From Octopus sinensis (taxonomy: Eukaryota), in the NCBI RefSeq assembly GCF_006345805.1, contig NC_043001.1:20274001-20338000 (forward strand): DNA of 64,000 nt. Reading direction: 5' to 3'. The notes beneath the pieces were generated by a model. The model did not search any database. It saw nothing but the letters and a program-made list of their open reading frames with translations, and was not told the origin of the DNA. Positions 25,862 to 39,145 of the stretch are shown piece by piece. The translations under genes were made by a program, and so were the position numbers. How positions within the stretch are numbered: position 1 is the stretch's first letter; each line of letters begins with the position of its first letter.

Positions 25862-26262
25862 CTTATTTCTTTATTACCCACAAGGGGCTAAACATAGAGG
25901 GGACAAACAAGGACAGACAAACGACCCCAGTGCGTAACAGATACTTAATTTATCGACCCCGAAAGGATGAAAGGCAAAGTTGACCTCAACAGAATTTGAA
26001 TTCAGAATGTAACGGCAGACGAAATACCTATTTCTTTACTACCCACAAGGAGCTAAACACAGAGAGGACAAACAAGGACAGACAAACAGATTAAGTCAAT
26101 TATATCGACCCCAGTGCCTAGCTGGTACTTATTTAATTGACCCCGAAAGGATGAAAGGCAAGGTTGACCTCGGCAGAATTTGAACTCAGAACGTAGCAGC
26201 AGACGAAATACTGCTAAGCATTTCGCCCGGCGTGCTAACATTTTTTTGCCAGCTCGCCACCT
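25862..26262 (-). mobile_element. SINE type A dimer
   Basis: Same dimer junction. Confidence 0.85.
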
Positions 26263-26460
26263 TATTCATTATTCTAATAAAGTGATGAGGAGGAAATGGA
26301 TAAGTAAAGAGAACAGGATGGTGATGCAGTGCTACTTAGAAAGGGAACCGAAAGTAAGAGGTTACAGAAAATATATGTTAGCACTTTAGTTAAAGAAAGG
26401 TATGTTTGATGGAACAGATCAGAAACAAGCAGAGCAGACTAATGCTACTAGGAGAAATAA

Positions 26461-26683
26461 GGCGGCGAGCTGGCAGAAACGTTAGCATGTCAGGCAAAAT
26501 GCTCAGCAGTGTTTCGGCTGTCGCTACATTCTGAGTTCAAATTCTGCCATGGTCGACTTTGCCTTTCATCCTTTTGGGTTCGATTAAATAAGTACCAGTT
26601 ACGCACTAGGGTCGATATAATCGTCTTAATCTCTTTGTCCCTTCTGTGTTTAGCCCCTTGTGGGTAGTAAAGAAATAGGTATT
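26461..26683 (+). mobile_element. SINE type A inserted in the Dong element
   Basis: TSD ggagaaataag. Confidence 0.85.
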
Positions 26684-27139
26684 GGGAGAAATAAGTGGAT
26701 GACAGTACTAGAGGTGGAAGATATCACATGACAACTAAAGGGAAAAAGACCAGGAAATAGAGCAGCCAAATAACACAAACAGGATGAAGTAAGTACGCAT
26801 ACGTGATATAGTTCAAACCAAGGAAGAACCTACAAGAAAAAGTAATAACATTACAAATCAGGAAAGGGAAACTGGCACCGGTGACTTCAATGGGGAAGAT
26901 CAGAAGATCAGAAGATTTTAGATGAATTGAAGGGAGGAGTGAGTAAAGAAGGAGAGGAAAAAGACTACCAGCATTAAAAGGTGATAATAAAAGGAAGTTG
27001 CTAGATATCACTAGGAAAATAAATTCTTTATCATCAGTACAATTGAGTTTAAAAATATAGGTGACACTAGGTGTTCCACAAGGAGAAAAATAGGAAGAAG
27101 CAGAGGTAGAAAATGATGCTAGAAAATAAGGTAAACATT

Positions 27140-27496
27140 AGCCAGTGGAACGTAAAAAGCACCAACCATTCGTGGCTGTTGCCAGCCTCCCCTGGCACCT
27201 GTGCCGGTAGCACATAAAAAGCACCATCCATACGTGGTCGATGCCAGCGCCAATTTGACTGGCTTCCGTGCGAGTGGCACGTAAAAAGCACCAACCGATC
27301 GTGGCCGTTAATCAGCCTCCCCTGGCACATACAAACCACCCACTACACTCATGGAGTGGTTGGCGTTAGGAAGGGCATCCAGCTGTAGAAACACTGCCAG
27401 ACCAGACTGGAGCCTGGTGCAGCCTCCTGGCTTCCCAGACCCCGGTCGAACCGTCCAATCCATGCTAGCATGGAAAACGGACATTAAACAATGATG
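27140..27496 (+). mobile_element. SINE type C inside the Dong element
   Basis: Similar to other copies. Confidence 0.8.
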
Positions 27497-27866
27497 AAGT
27501 TCTGAAACAAAACAAGTTAGAAAACACAACATTTAGATCTCTTGAGAAAACTATTTAGTCAAAGAGAAAGGATTTGAGATAGTCACAGAAGAGCTGAAGC
27601 AGGTAAGGTTTCCAGATATCAAAAAAACAATAGAGCAGTATCAACAGAGCAGACTGCTTAAAACAAGCCAGAGGTGATTTTGTTGCCAGATAAATAGAGT
27701 AGAAGAAACTAGTGAAGATGAGAAGTCTAATGAGGAAGAAGCTAGAATGTTCCAGAGGGATATTTGTGATAAGCCAGTAAATAATAATGGGGATGCAGCA
27801 TGGCTAAAGAAAGTGAGGGAAGATATAGTTAGTGAGAAGCAGTCAGATCTAAAACTAACTAGTGCA

Positions 27867-28601
27867 TTAACCCTTTCGTTACCAACATGGTTGAAACCAG
27901 CTCTGGCTCTGTAGTACAAATGTCTTGTTTTCATAAGTTTTGAATTAAAATATACCACCAAACTTTAGTCACAATTTATGTTTCTAACACTAGCTTAATG
28001 ATAACTAAGTTATTTTACTAAATTCTTTGTTATATTTAAAATTAATTGAAAGAAACTCAGAGCATCTCAACAGAAATATGGTCGCAAAAGGGTTAAAATA
28101 TATGATAGAGAAACAATTCTTAACCCTTTCGTTACCAACCCAGCTGAAACCAGCTCTGGCTCTGTAGTACAAATGTCTTATTTTCATAATTTTTGAATTA
28201 AAATCTTCCACCAAACCTTGGTCACAATTTGTGTTCCTAACACTAGCTTAATGATAATTAAGTTATTCTACTAAATTCTTTGTTATATTTAAAATTAATT
28301 GAAAGAAACACAGAGCATCTCAACAGAAATATGGTCACAAAAGGGTTAAAATATATGATAGAGAAACAATTCTTGACCCTTTCATTACCAACCCAGCTGA
28401 AACCAGCTCTGGCTCTGTAGTACAAATGTCTTATTTTCATAAGTTTTGAATTAAAATCTTCCACCAAACCTTGGTCACAATTTGTGTTCCTAACACTAGC
28501 TGAATGATAACTAAGTTATTTTACTAAATTCTTTGTTATATTTAAAGTAATTGAAAGAAACACAGAGCATCTCAACAGAAATATGGTCACAAAAGGGTTA
28601 A
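27867..28601. mobile_element. Three tandem copies of TTAA MITE family 2 (253-bp period)
   Basis: Copies start at 27871, 28124 and 28377 and are separated by an identical 23-bp spacer. Confidence 0.9.
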
Positions 28602-29237
28602 TGGGTAAAGTGTTGGGAAAAATACCAAACTGGAAGGGCCCAGGATCAAATTTAGTTCAAGCATCATTGCCATGTGTTGAGGGGTACTAGGGTCATTTTG
28701 TTCAACAAAACCCTTCGAGGCAGTGGTGCCCAAGCATGGTCACAGTCCAATTACTGAAACAAGTAAAAGATATAAGATAGATGTCAGTATGTTGACATAT
28801 TACTCTTTACTCTTTTACTTGTTGCAGTCACTTGACTGTGGCCATGCTGGATCACCGCCTTTAGTCGAGCAAATTATTTCTCACATTTTTATCAAAATTC
28901 TTTGAGAGGAATTAGAGAAATTGTAGAAATGGCAGCATGGCAGACATAATGATTTTTAGCATTTAGCCATGTCCTCCTTTCATGCTCTGGGCTTAAACCT
29001 TGTCTGCTCAGCTTTAGCTTTTTTCCTTCTGGAGGTTGGAGGTTGATAAAATAGCAGTCACATACTGAGATCAATATAATCAACTGTTCTCTTCTCTGAA
29101 CAATTTGTGATTTTATTCCAAAGGCAGAAATCATTACTACTTAAAAATGTTAAAATTTAGAGAAATCTACAAACATTTTACTGCAGCATGGTTTTTATAC
29201 AAATACAATACTATTGTGATTTACATGGAATATTTAC

Positions 29238-29291
29238 CTGGTTTTGCTCTTACACAAAAGTCTTCTGTCTTCTGTTGCACAACTGGATTAC
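29238..29291 (-). CDS. IL17R-like exon (membrane-proximal ectodomain)
   Basis: ttttttttaag|GT...CAG|gtaaat, 54 nt, phase 1-1; (C)NPVVQQKTEDFCVRAKP. Confidence 0.75.
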
Positions 29292-29671
29292 CTTAAAAAA
29301 AAAAATGGTTTACTGATATTTTATTCTGGTAAATTAATCCATTTTCAAAACACTATGGGACACTTTGAAGGAGATTTGGCTGCTAATTATAGCTAGTTAA
29401 GTAAGCATGTAAAGATAAAAGATTACCTATACATGCAAGGAGCAGTTTGTTGCTACAACAAATACCAACCCTTGAAGCTATTATTTCATAAACTTACCTC
29501 CGTATTCACAGGCATACATATACAACAACCTAAAACACCAATACAGTCTCTTTCTTAAAACATTATCTCTCCCAATCAATCCAGTCAAACATTAAAAAAA
29601 TGCCCACATACAGAAAAAGCTGCAATACCAGCAGCCACACTTGCCTCAAGCATTGTGCTGAGACATATACC

Positions 29672-29905
29672 TTTTTCTTTACTACCCACAAGGGGCTACA
29701 CAGAGAGGGGACAAACAAGGACAGTCAAACGGATTAATTCAATTATATCATCCCCAGCGCATAACTGGTACTTAATTTAGCGACCCTGAAAAGATGAAAG
29801 GCAAAGTCGACCTTGGTGGAATTTGAACTCAGATCGTAATGGCAGATGAAATACCGCTAAGCATTTCGCCCGGCATGCTAACGTTTCTGCCAGCTTGCCG
29901 CCTAA
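29672..29905 (-). mobile_element. SINE type A with a 16-bp TSD
   Basis: tgctgagacatatacc at 29656-29671 and 29906-29921. Confidence 0.9.
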
Positions 29906-30245
29906 TGCTGAGACATATACCACCAATGAAAAGAGTTAAGAAACTGCAATTGCCAAACTTTGGGCTACTCTACATTGACTATCTGTTCTATGGTCTTCAC
30001 TAGAACTTAGAAGTTTGGTATAAGGCCAGCAAGTTCAGGGATGTAGGTAATGCCATTAAGCATTTTGTGCAGCATGCTAACAATTTTGACAGTTTGCAGC
30101 CTTACAACCTCTAGAACTTATTGACACATAGAAATATACAGGACAAGGAGGACACAGCAAGCCTCATTGATCACATTGTGCTCTATGTGATCCATCACTG
30201 CTTGCCAGTGTGTGCAGTATGGTTTCTCAGCTTGATGGAGATGCG

Positions 30246-30299
<54 letters not shown>

Positions 30300-30325
30300 G
30301 TTTAATGTCCGTTTTCCATGCTAGC

Positions 30326-30558
30326 TATTTCTTTACTACCCACAAGGGGCTAAACACAGAGAGGACAAACAAGGACAGACAAACGGATTAAGTTGATTAT
30401 ATTGACCCCAGTGTGTAGCTGGTACTTATTTAATTGACCCCGAAAGGATGAAAGGCAAAGTCGACCTTGGCAGAATTTGAACTCAGAACGTAACAGCAGA
30501 CGAAATACGGCTATGGATTTCGCCCGGCGTGCTAACAATTCTGCCAGCTCGCCGCCCT
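30326..30558 (-). mobile_element. SINE type A nested in a type C SINE
   Basis: Type C sequence resumes on both sides. Confidence 0.8.
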
Positions 30559-30559
30559 T

Positions 30560-30960
30560 GTTTTCTATGGATTGGATGGTTTGGCCAGAGTCCTGGAAGC
30601 CAGGAGGCTGTGCCAGGTTCCAGTCTGATCTGGCAGTGTTTCTACAGCTGGATGCCCTTCCTAATGCCAACCACTCCAAGAGTGTAGTGGGTGCTTTTTA
30701 TGGACATAGGGGCCAGTCAGGCGGTATTGGCAAACGGCTACAATCGGTTGGTACTTTTTACATATCACCAACACGGATGCCAGTCAGGCGTCACTGGCAT
30801 CAGCTACATTCAGATGGTGCTTTTTACGTGCCACCGGCACAGGTATCATAACTACAATTTCCATTTGATTTTTATTTTGATGTTGGTGTTGATGTACTTG
30901 ACTCAATAGGTCTCCTCAAGAACAGCGTGTCACTCTATGATCCGAGGTTAGCACAGCAGG
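30560..30960 (-). mobile_element. SINE type C
   Basis: Similar to other copies. Confidence 0.8.
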
Positions 30961-31312
30961 TCTTGGATTGTAGGGTCTGCTGTGCTAAGGTGGGAAACAA
31001 ATAAATGAGTTGTGTTGAGTCATTCAAACATTTATTATTGAAAATAGACAACTAGACACAGCTGTTTGGATGCTGGCGATTTGGCACAGCTGGTTGAACA
31101 TTCAGCAAGTTTTGGTGACAACTTTTTGGTGTTGGAGACAAACACATGTACACATATGCATGTGTGCATGTACACATGCACTATGCCTGTTGCTAAGGGG
31201 GTGCTTTGAATGGCATCACTCCCCCACCATTCAATAGTGTCCCCTCAGAATTACTGTGATACACTTATCTCAAAACTCCACTTAAGCATTATAACAAATG
31301 AATGCCTACATG

Positions 31313-31405
<93 letters not shown>

Positions 31406-31466
31406 GTGAAAGAGGGAAAAGAAAGTGAGAGAAGCATTTCAATTTATTAATTGAACATGATAGACA

Positions 31467-31633
31467 TAGGAGTGGCTGTGTGGTAAGTAGCTTGTTTACC
31501 AACCACATGGTTCTGGGTTCAGTCCCACTGCATGGCACCTTGGGCAAGTGTCTTCTACTATAGCCTCGGGTCGACCAAAACCTTGTGAGTGGATTTGGTA
31601 GATGGAAACTTAAAGAAGCCCATCATATATACG

Positions 31634-31697
<64 letters not shown>

Positions 31698-31900
31698 TGT
31701 GTCTGTGTTTGTCTCCCCAACATCGCTTGACAACTGATGCTGGTGTGTTTACGTCTCCATAACTTAGCGGTTCGGCAAAAGAGACCGATAGAATAAGTAC
31801 AAGGCTTACAAAGAATAAGTCCTGGGGTCAATTTGCTCGACTAAAGGCAGTGCTCCAGCATGGCCACAGTCAAATGACTGAAACAAGTAAAAGAGAGAGT
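31467..31900 (+). mobile_element. SINE type B
   Basis: Full copy. Confidence 0.85.
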
Positions 31901-32004
31901 AAAGAGAGAGTAAGATTGACATAAATATTCCCTCTTAACATACACATAACAGAGAAATAGACACACAGAAAGAGAGAGAGAGAGAGAGAGAGAGGAATAG
32001 GCAC

Positions 32005-32038
<34 letters not shown>

Positions 32039-32318
32039 CTAGCAAGTGAAAAAGAGAGGCAGGAAAAATGAGTCGAGTGAATGAGAAAAACATTAAAATG
32101 AGAGAAATACTACCACATATGTGGTGCCAAAAACCTCACATCCATTATTTAAATGCCACGAAATTGGTTTCCTCAGTCAGAATGGACAATACAGAAACAA
32201 AGAATAACAGAGCAACACAATAATGGCAACAAAGACATTTCTTTATGCGTTCAGTTTTAAGCATTTTAAACATTCAAATTTTCACTTTAAAACTATGATT
32301 AGAAGTTTTATAACTTAC

Positions 32319-32379
32319 AGGGTATAAAAAGTGACGCTGATCGAATGATGTGGGTCTGGTGAACGCTTTCTGTCCTTAT
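32319..32379 (-). CDS. IL17R-like exon (end of second FN3-like domain)
   Basis: catttcag|ATA...CCT|gtaagt, 61 nt, phase 0-1; IRTESVHQTHIIRSASLFIP. Confidence 0.75.
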
Positions 32380-32628
32380 CTGAAATGATTCAAGAAAATT
32401 GATATCAATTAAAAGACACATTTTACTCCCCTTCTCACTGTGACTGTCAAAAAAATAGTGAATCAGTCATTGGTCTTTTGGAAACCTGTAACGAATTTAG
32501 TTTAGTCCAATCCATGCCAGCATGGAAGATGGACTTTAAAAAATAGTGATGATAATGATCCTGATGATGATGATGGTGCTGGTGGTAGTGGTGGTGGTGG
32601 TGGTGAGGAAGACAATGATGACGATTAT

Positions 32629-33039
32629 ACTCTTTACTCTTTTACTTGTTTCAGCCATTTGACTGCAGCCATGCTGGAGCACCGCCTTTTAGTCGAGCAA
32701 ATCGACCCCAGGACTTATTCTTTGTAAGCCTAGTACTTATTCTATCGGTCTCTTTTGCCGAACCTCTAAGTTATGGAGACGTAAACACACCAGCATCGGT
32801 TATTAAGCGATGTGGGGGGGACAAACACACACACAAACATATACACACACATACATATATATGCGCATATATACAACGGGCTTCTTTCAGTTTTTGTCTG
32901 TCAAATCCACTCACAAGGCTTTGGTTGGCCCCAGGCTATAGTAGAAGACACTTGCCCAAGGTGCCACACAGTGGGACTGAACCTGGAACCATGTGGTTGG
33001 TAAGCAAGCTACTGACCACACAGCTACTCCTGCGCCTAT
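32629..33039 (-). mobile_element. SINE type B
   Basis: Full copy. Confidence 0.85.
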
Positions 33040-34139
33040 GATGATGAATAAAATAAAAATACAAAAAAGAAAAAGCTCGTTTAATAGACTTTTAGCCCTT
33101 GCTTAATATGTGTGACTTTGTATCTATGACAGACACTATTATTAGTCGTCTGCGTATTTTAATAAATGTTGTTTACTGCAAGTTATGGATGATTCTTTTA
33201 TGACTTCATTGCTTTCAGGCTTAGCTTAAGGTATTTTCGTGCCCAACATCACAAAATGCATCTGAATAAACATTGCTGGACAGCAAATAGAAACTCGGAC
33301 ATTGTTTAGAAAATATTTTTCATTTTTAACCTCCCATATATTGTACGCACTAGGGATTTTAACCTTTAAATTTTGGGGAAAAAATGTGGATTATACTTGA
33401 GGATTTATGGTATGTATCTACATCAGAAATGATTGTAATTAGCTGGTCACTGTATATGAGCAGACAGAGAAATTATTTCATCTCTCCTCCTGTGAAGGCC
33501 AACAGGAAGAGACTTCTCAAGAAAAAAACTTCCTAGATGTCATTGTATGTGACTCAGGAATTTCCTTCAATCAATAGTGTTGAATGATCAAGAGGCATGG
33601 AAGGTGATCGTTATTGTGAACCTCGATTCGTTGAGATTGGTTGTTCAAACAAGTTGAAAGATGATGATGATGATGATGATGATGAGATGATGATGATGAT
33701 ATGATGATGATGATGATGATGTTGAAACAACTAAATAGTTACCATGATGGTGATAGTGGTGGTGGTGGTGGTGGTGGTGGTGGTGGTGGTGGTGGTGGTG
33801 GTGTTTGGTGATGGTGAATCTCCATTGATTGACGAGGTGGAGTCAGTTGTTCAATAAAGTGAATTACCTGCCCCTGAATTATGGTGTAAGTGATTTAGTA
33901 TTCCACGGATGTATGCACCCTTAATGTAATTGTCAGGTAGAATCAGTGTGACACAGTTTGTGACAAGGTCGAATCTTTTGAATTATTAGTAGGATCCCTC
34001 AGAAAAGGTTGAAGTTGCAGAAAGTGATGCTTGTCTAAGATACCACACAGTGGGATTGAATTCCAGACTTCGTATTTCCAAAGTAAACTTCTTAACCATT
34101 TGGCCATAATGTGCCTATGAAGTTGTAGTACAGTAGGGA

Positions 34140-34315
34140 TTATCATCATCATCATCATCATCATCATCGTTTAACGTCTGCTTTCCATGCTGGCATGGGT
34201 TGGACGGTTTGACTGAAGACTGGCAAGCCAGGAAGCTGCACCAGACTCCAATCTGACCAGGCAAGGTTTCAACAGCTGGCCGTCCTTCCTAATGCCAACC
34301 ACTCTGAGAGTGGTT
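34140..34315 (-). mobile_element. SINE type C, short
   Basis: Similar to other copies. Confidence 0.75.
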
Positions 34316-34321
34316 GCAGAG

Positions 34322-35250
34322 GACTAATTAGTATAGACCATTGCATAAGAAGTGAAAGGAGAATGCTTGCTGAGTATTTGATAAATAGTGATGAAGGCCT
34401 GCTGCAAAATGCTGCAAAAGATATGGGTATAAATGCAGATGAAATGATGGGCAAGGAATAGTTTAACCAAAGAGCCGAAGAGAAGAGAAAAGACCTTCTT
34501 GAAATAAGAATGTATGGACAGTTTAAAAGGAATACACAAGACGTTAAGGATAATACAGCATCTTGAGCATGGTTTGAGTGAGGTAATTTGAAGTGTACCA
34601 CTGAAAGCCTGATCATTGCTGCACAAGACCAGGCTCTTCCTACCAAGTCAGTGAAGTATAACATCTATAAAACTTCTGACACCCAGAAATGCAGACTCTG
34701 TGGAAAGAGTGTGGAAAATGTGTCCCATTTGGTAAGTGGATGTGAGAGCCTTGCACAAAAAGAATACAAGTGCTGTCACAATAAAGTGTGTGTATCTTCA
34801 TTGGCTCTTATGCTGTAAATACCAAAATGAAGTAACAGAGAACTGGTATGAGCTTGTACCAAGTAAAGTTATGCAAGAGGATGGAAAAGTAACAATACTC
34901 TGGGACTATGATTTTCAGACAGATCGTGTAATGCACAGTGTTGGCCGGATATTGTCATATTGAATAAAAGAGACAAATACTGTCAGATCATTGACGTAGC
35001 TATACAAAATGTCGTGAATGTTGTGAATAAAGAGGTTGAAAAAATTCACCAGTAACTTCGAATTGAAAGTAGAAGTGACAAGACTGTGTAGAATATGAGA
35101 GAGTAATGTAAGAGTGACACCAGTGGTGACTGGAGCATTGGGCTCAATCCCATGGAAACTTCAAGACTTCTTCACTGGAAATCCCATGCAAAAAGCAGCC
35201 TTATTGGGTACAGCACACATCTTAAGGAAAGTATTATCTGTCTGAAGTCC
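34322..35250 (+). mobile_element. R4/Dong-clade non-LTR retrotransposon, 3' fragment
   Basis: ESLIIAAQDQAL, zinc knuckle CRLCGKSVENVSHLVSGC, ILWDYDFQTDR (restriction-like endonuclease region), QKAALLGTAHILRKVLSV*. Confidence 0.85.
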
Positions 35251-35308
35251 TTGTTGTGATTCGACTAAAGACTCCAGTGCATTTTTACCTATACTGTATT
35301 ACGAAGAA

Positions 35309-35599
35309 TCATCATCATCATCATCATCATCATTTAACGTCCGTTTTCCATGCTAGCATGGGTTGGACAATTCGACTAGGGTCTGGGAAGCCAGAAGCCT
35401 GCTCCGGGCTCCAGTCTGATCTGGCAGTGTTTCTACAGCTGGATGCCCTTCCTAATGCTAACCAATCTGTGAGTGTAGTGGGTGCTTTTTACGTGCCACC
35501 AGCACAGGGGCCAAAGGGGGCTGGCAACAGCCACAATCGGTTGGTGCTTTTTACGTGCCAACGGCATGGAAGCCAGTCAAGGCGGCGCTGGCATTGGCC

Positions 35600-35600
<1 letters not shown>
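35309..35600 (-). mobile_element. SINE type C
   Basis: Similar to other copies. Confidence 0.8.
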
Positions 35601-35659
<59 letters not shown>

Positions 35660-36357
35660 TGATGATGATGATGATGATAATGATTCTTTTTATTATAGGC
35701 ACAAGGCCCCTGGAATTTGTGTGGGGTGGATAGTTGATTACAATGACCCAAATGTTTCACTGCTACTTAGTTTATTGAGCCCAGGATAATGAAAGGCAAA
35801 GTCGACTGTGGAGGCATTTGAACATAGAACATACAGAGCAGAATGAAATAATAATGATACTATCAAGACCTTAACGCATCTGTTTGATAAATATAGCAAA
35901 CCTTGACCCTTTCCTTGTGTTAAATTAAAGACAGATTTATCCATGCCTAAGCATCAAATTGAAATTCTAGCAGTAATCAATAAATTCAAATGCTAAAGAT
36001 TAAACCTCTGTACAATAGGTTGATGAAGTTGTAACACAGCTTCTAATTTTCTTTGCCTTTAGACTTCTAAATCATCATTGTTAATTGATTTCACCTTAGT
36101 AACCACCAACTCTGTCAACAACTATTGTTAGTACTAGTCTTGTCAAATAGTCTCAATACTATACATTTGATATAACTTGATATTTTCTCAAGCAAATATT
36201 TTCCTCTTAACTTCTTTGCAACACATAGTTGGGTGTTTAAGAAGCTGAATTAACAACCATACAATCACGGGTATTTGACTGCTCTTTATAACACCTTGGG
36301 TAAGTGTTATCTGCCTTAGCTTCTCACTGGTGCATGATTTGGAGGTGGTATTTGATA

Positions 36358-36772
36358 GAGCTGGCAGAATTGTTAGCACGCCGGGCGAAATGCTTAGCGG
36401 TATTTCGTCTGCCGTTACGTTCTGAGTTCAATTTCCGCTGAGGTTGACTTTGCCTTCATCCTTTTGGGGTCGATAAATTAAGTACCAGTTGTGCACTGGG
36501 GTCGATGTAATCCACTTAATCCGTTTGTCTGTTCTTGTTTGTCCTCTCTGTGTTTAGCCCCTTGTGGGTAGTAAAGAAATAGGTATTTTGTCTGCCGCTA
36601 CATTCTGAGTTCAAATTCCACCGAGGTCGACTTTGCTTTTCATCCTTTCGGGGTTGATAAATTAAGTACCAACTGAGAACACGGGGGTTGATGTAATCGA
36701 CTTAATCCGTTTGTCTGTCCTTGTTTGTCATCTCTGTGTTTAGCCCCTTGTCGATAGTAAAGAAATGGGTAT
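36358..36772 (+). mobile_element. SINE type A dimer
   Basis: Same dimer junction. Confidence 0.85.
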
Positions 36773-37696
36773 TTAATAGAAAGTAAAAAAGTCCACAGTA
36801 AAGAATGTTGAAATATATCAAAATGTAACTTGATTCAATAATTGAAGGCAGTCAATGAACAGAAAAGAAAACATTATGAAAAATACTTATCTTCTTCCTC
36901 TACAACCCTGAAGTCTTTTAAACTCACAACTCTGCAGTACTACATGTCTGATTCAGTTATAAACTTCCTAATTGATATAACATTTTATAATCCTTATGTA
37001 ATAATAATGGTTTCAAATTTTAGCACAAGGCCAGTAATCTCAGAGAGCAGGTAAGTTAATTACATCAAGCCCAGTGTTCAACTGGTACTCGTTTTTATAA
37101 ACCCTGAAAGGAGGAAAGGTAAAGTTGATCCTGGTAGAATCAGTTAAGGTAAGACAGTGTCACGTGACAACTTGCTGGGGCTGCCTGCTGGAGCCTATGC
37201 GGCAGGTATTTAAAGGGAAAAATTTGACAAGACAGTCACCGGCTGACACTCGCTGATGATATATCGAAGAGGCCAGGGAACAGAAGAAAGAAGAAGAAAG
37301 AAAACATGCACCCAACACCAGAGCTGAAGACACCTCCAAAAGGGGGTGGGGTTCCACATCAAAACGGTAGAGGAGTAGGGGCCGAAACTGGACGTGGTTC
37401 CTCCTGATGATGTCTTGAGCTAACTGGATCCTATAAAGGAGCTGTTGTGGTAGCAGACCATGAAACACGGTTGTAATTCCTCCCAGAACATAATGACAGA
37501 CGAAATATCGCTAAGCATTTCACCCGGCTTGCTAATGCTTCTGCCAGCTCGTCACCTTTTCATCACAACCCATTTCTAGATGAGATCCACCTTCCTTATA
37601 GTCCTCTTGTCTGTGGCCCTATTCATGTGGAAGTTTGAATCAAACTGGAACCCAAAATCACCAGCAAGGATTTGTCTCTTCAAATGCCTAGTTACT

Positions 37697-37920
37697 CTCT
37701 CTTTTACTCTTTTACTTGTTTCAGACATTTGACTGCAGCCATGCTGGGGCACTGCCTTTAGTCAAGCAAATCGACCCTGGGACTCATTCTTTGTAAGCCC
37801 AGTACTTATTCTATCAGTCTCTTTTGCTGAACCGCTAAGTGATGGGACGTAAACACACCAGCATCGGTTGTCAAGCAATGCTAGGGGGACAAACACACAC
37901 ACACACAAACACACACACAT

Positions 37921-37957
<37 letters not shown>

Positions 37958-38123
37958 TACGACAGGCTTCTTTCAGTTTCCATCTACCAAATCCACTCAC
38001 AAGGCATTGGTCAGCCCGGGGCTATAGCAGAAGACACTTGCCGAAGATGCCACGCAGTGGGACTGAACCCTGAATCATGTGGTTGGTTAGCAAGCTATTT
38101 ACCACACAGCCACTCTTGCGCCT
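37697..38123 (-). mobile_element. SINE type B
   Basis: Full copy. Confidence 0.85.
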
Positions 38124-38205
38124 TATTCTAAGCTTTTTAATCCGAAATATAAACACTACATTAAAATAAAACAATTTAAGAAAAAAAAGAGTTTGAATAT
38201 CTTAC

Positions 38206-38283
38206 ATTTACATAATAATATTTGCCACATTGGAAACATTGAGATTTGAATTGCATGTGGATCATTTGTGTTTCTTGGTCAGT
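38206..38283 (-). CDS. IL17R-like exon (FN3-like)
   Basis: ttatttttcag|ACT...AAT|gtaaga, 78 nt, phase 0-0; TDQETQMIHMQFKSQCFQCGKYYYVN. Confidence 0.78.
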
Positions 38284-38514
38284 CTGAAAAATAAGAAAAA
38301 CTGGTTAGAAAATAAAATCGTTTAGGGATACTTTTATATGAATAAAATAATTTCAGTATTTAAATATCTAGGAAGATGGCACTGATGGTAGAAAATCAGA
38401 ACTGCATTGTGGTGTGTAGTTCATAAATGTCTAAATGGTTGTCCTTTATATTACTGTGAGTGATTTCTACCAAAGTCATCTTTGCTTTTCAGCCTTCCAG
38501 AATTGATAAAATAA

Positions 38515-38737
38515 AATACCCATTTCTTTACTACCCACAAGGGGCTAAACACAGAAGGGACAAACAAGGACAGACAAAGGGATTAAGTCGATTACATCGA
38601 CCCCAGTGCGCAACTGGTTCTTAATTTATCGACCCCGAAAGGATGAAAAGCAAAGTCGACCTTGGCGGAATTTGAATTCGGAACGTAACGGCAGACGAAA
38701 TACCTATTTCTTTACTACCCACAACGGGCTAAACACA
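38515..38737 (-). mobile_element. SINE type A (truncated dimer)
   Basis: Similar to other copies. Confidence 0.8.
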
Positions 38738-39145
38738 ATTTCAGGCCTTGTGCCTTTAATAGAAAGGATATTTTATAAAGTAGAGAATAGTTAAAAAACT
38801 TTCATCACTGACATTAGTTTGATTTAGAGAAGAAAAGAAAACAGCTTCAACCCCTTGTTGGAATCTTTCCACTTTTCAGGAACTCAAGAGAAACAGTAAC
38901 ATACTGCATTAAATGTCTCACAATATCTTCTTTCATCTTTCTGTGTTCTGAGTTCAAATTCTGCTGGTACTGAGTTCACTTTTTTGAGTTCACTGGGGTC
39001 TTGTCTATCTGCAAAGATCATGAGCACTGCTGATCCTTCACTGGCAAAGTAATTAAATTCTTTATTCTTTTATTCTTTTATTCTTTTATTCTTTTATTCT
39101 TTTATTCTTTTTCCGCTGTTTTTTTTCTTTTTTTTTTAATTAGGC

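Larger units (their letters stand above)
26285..28660 (+). mobile_element. R4/Dong-clade element, 5' half, interrupted by SINEs and a MITE trimer
   Basis: RKWISKENRMVMQCYL..RGYRK, IEQYQQSRLLKTSQR, AAWLKKV, GKVLGKIPNWKGPG. Confidence 0.75.

Noticed and set aside
27867-28601. Repeat-spacer arrangement as a CRISPR array
   Set aside because: Long MITE units with identical spacers, eukaryotic context, no cas genes.
29498-29657. Frameshifted transmembrane exon with a SINE at its acceptor (pseudogene model)
   Set aside because: An intact in-phase TM exon exists at 23997-24134, so no lesion is needed.
32139-32260. Hydrophobic reading frames near the 32319 exon
   Set aside because: Stops in all frames and no usable acceptor.
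33178-33262. Exon-like segment ttcag|...|gtaaac
   Set aside because: In-frame TAA, and the model is complete without it.
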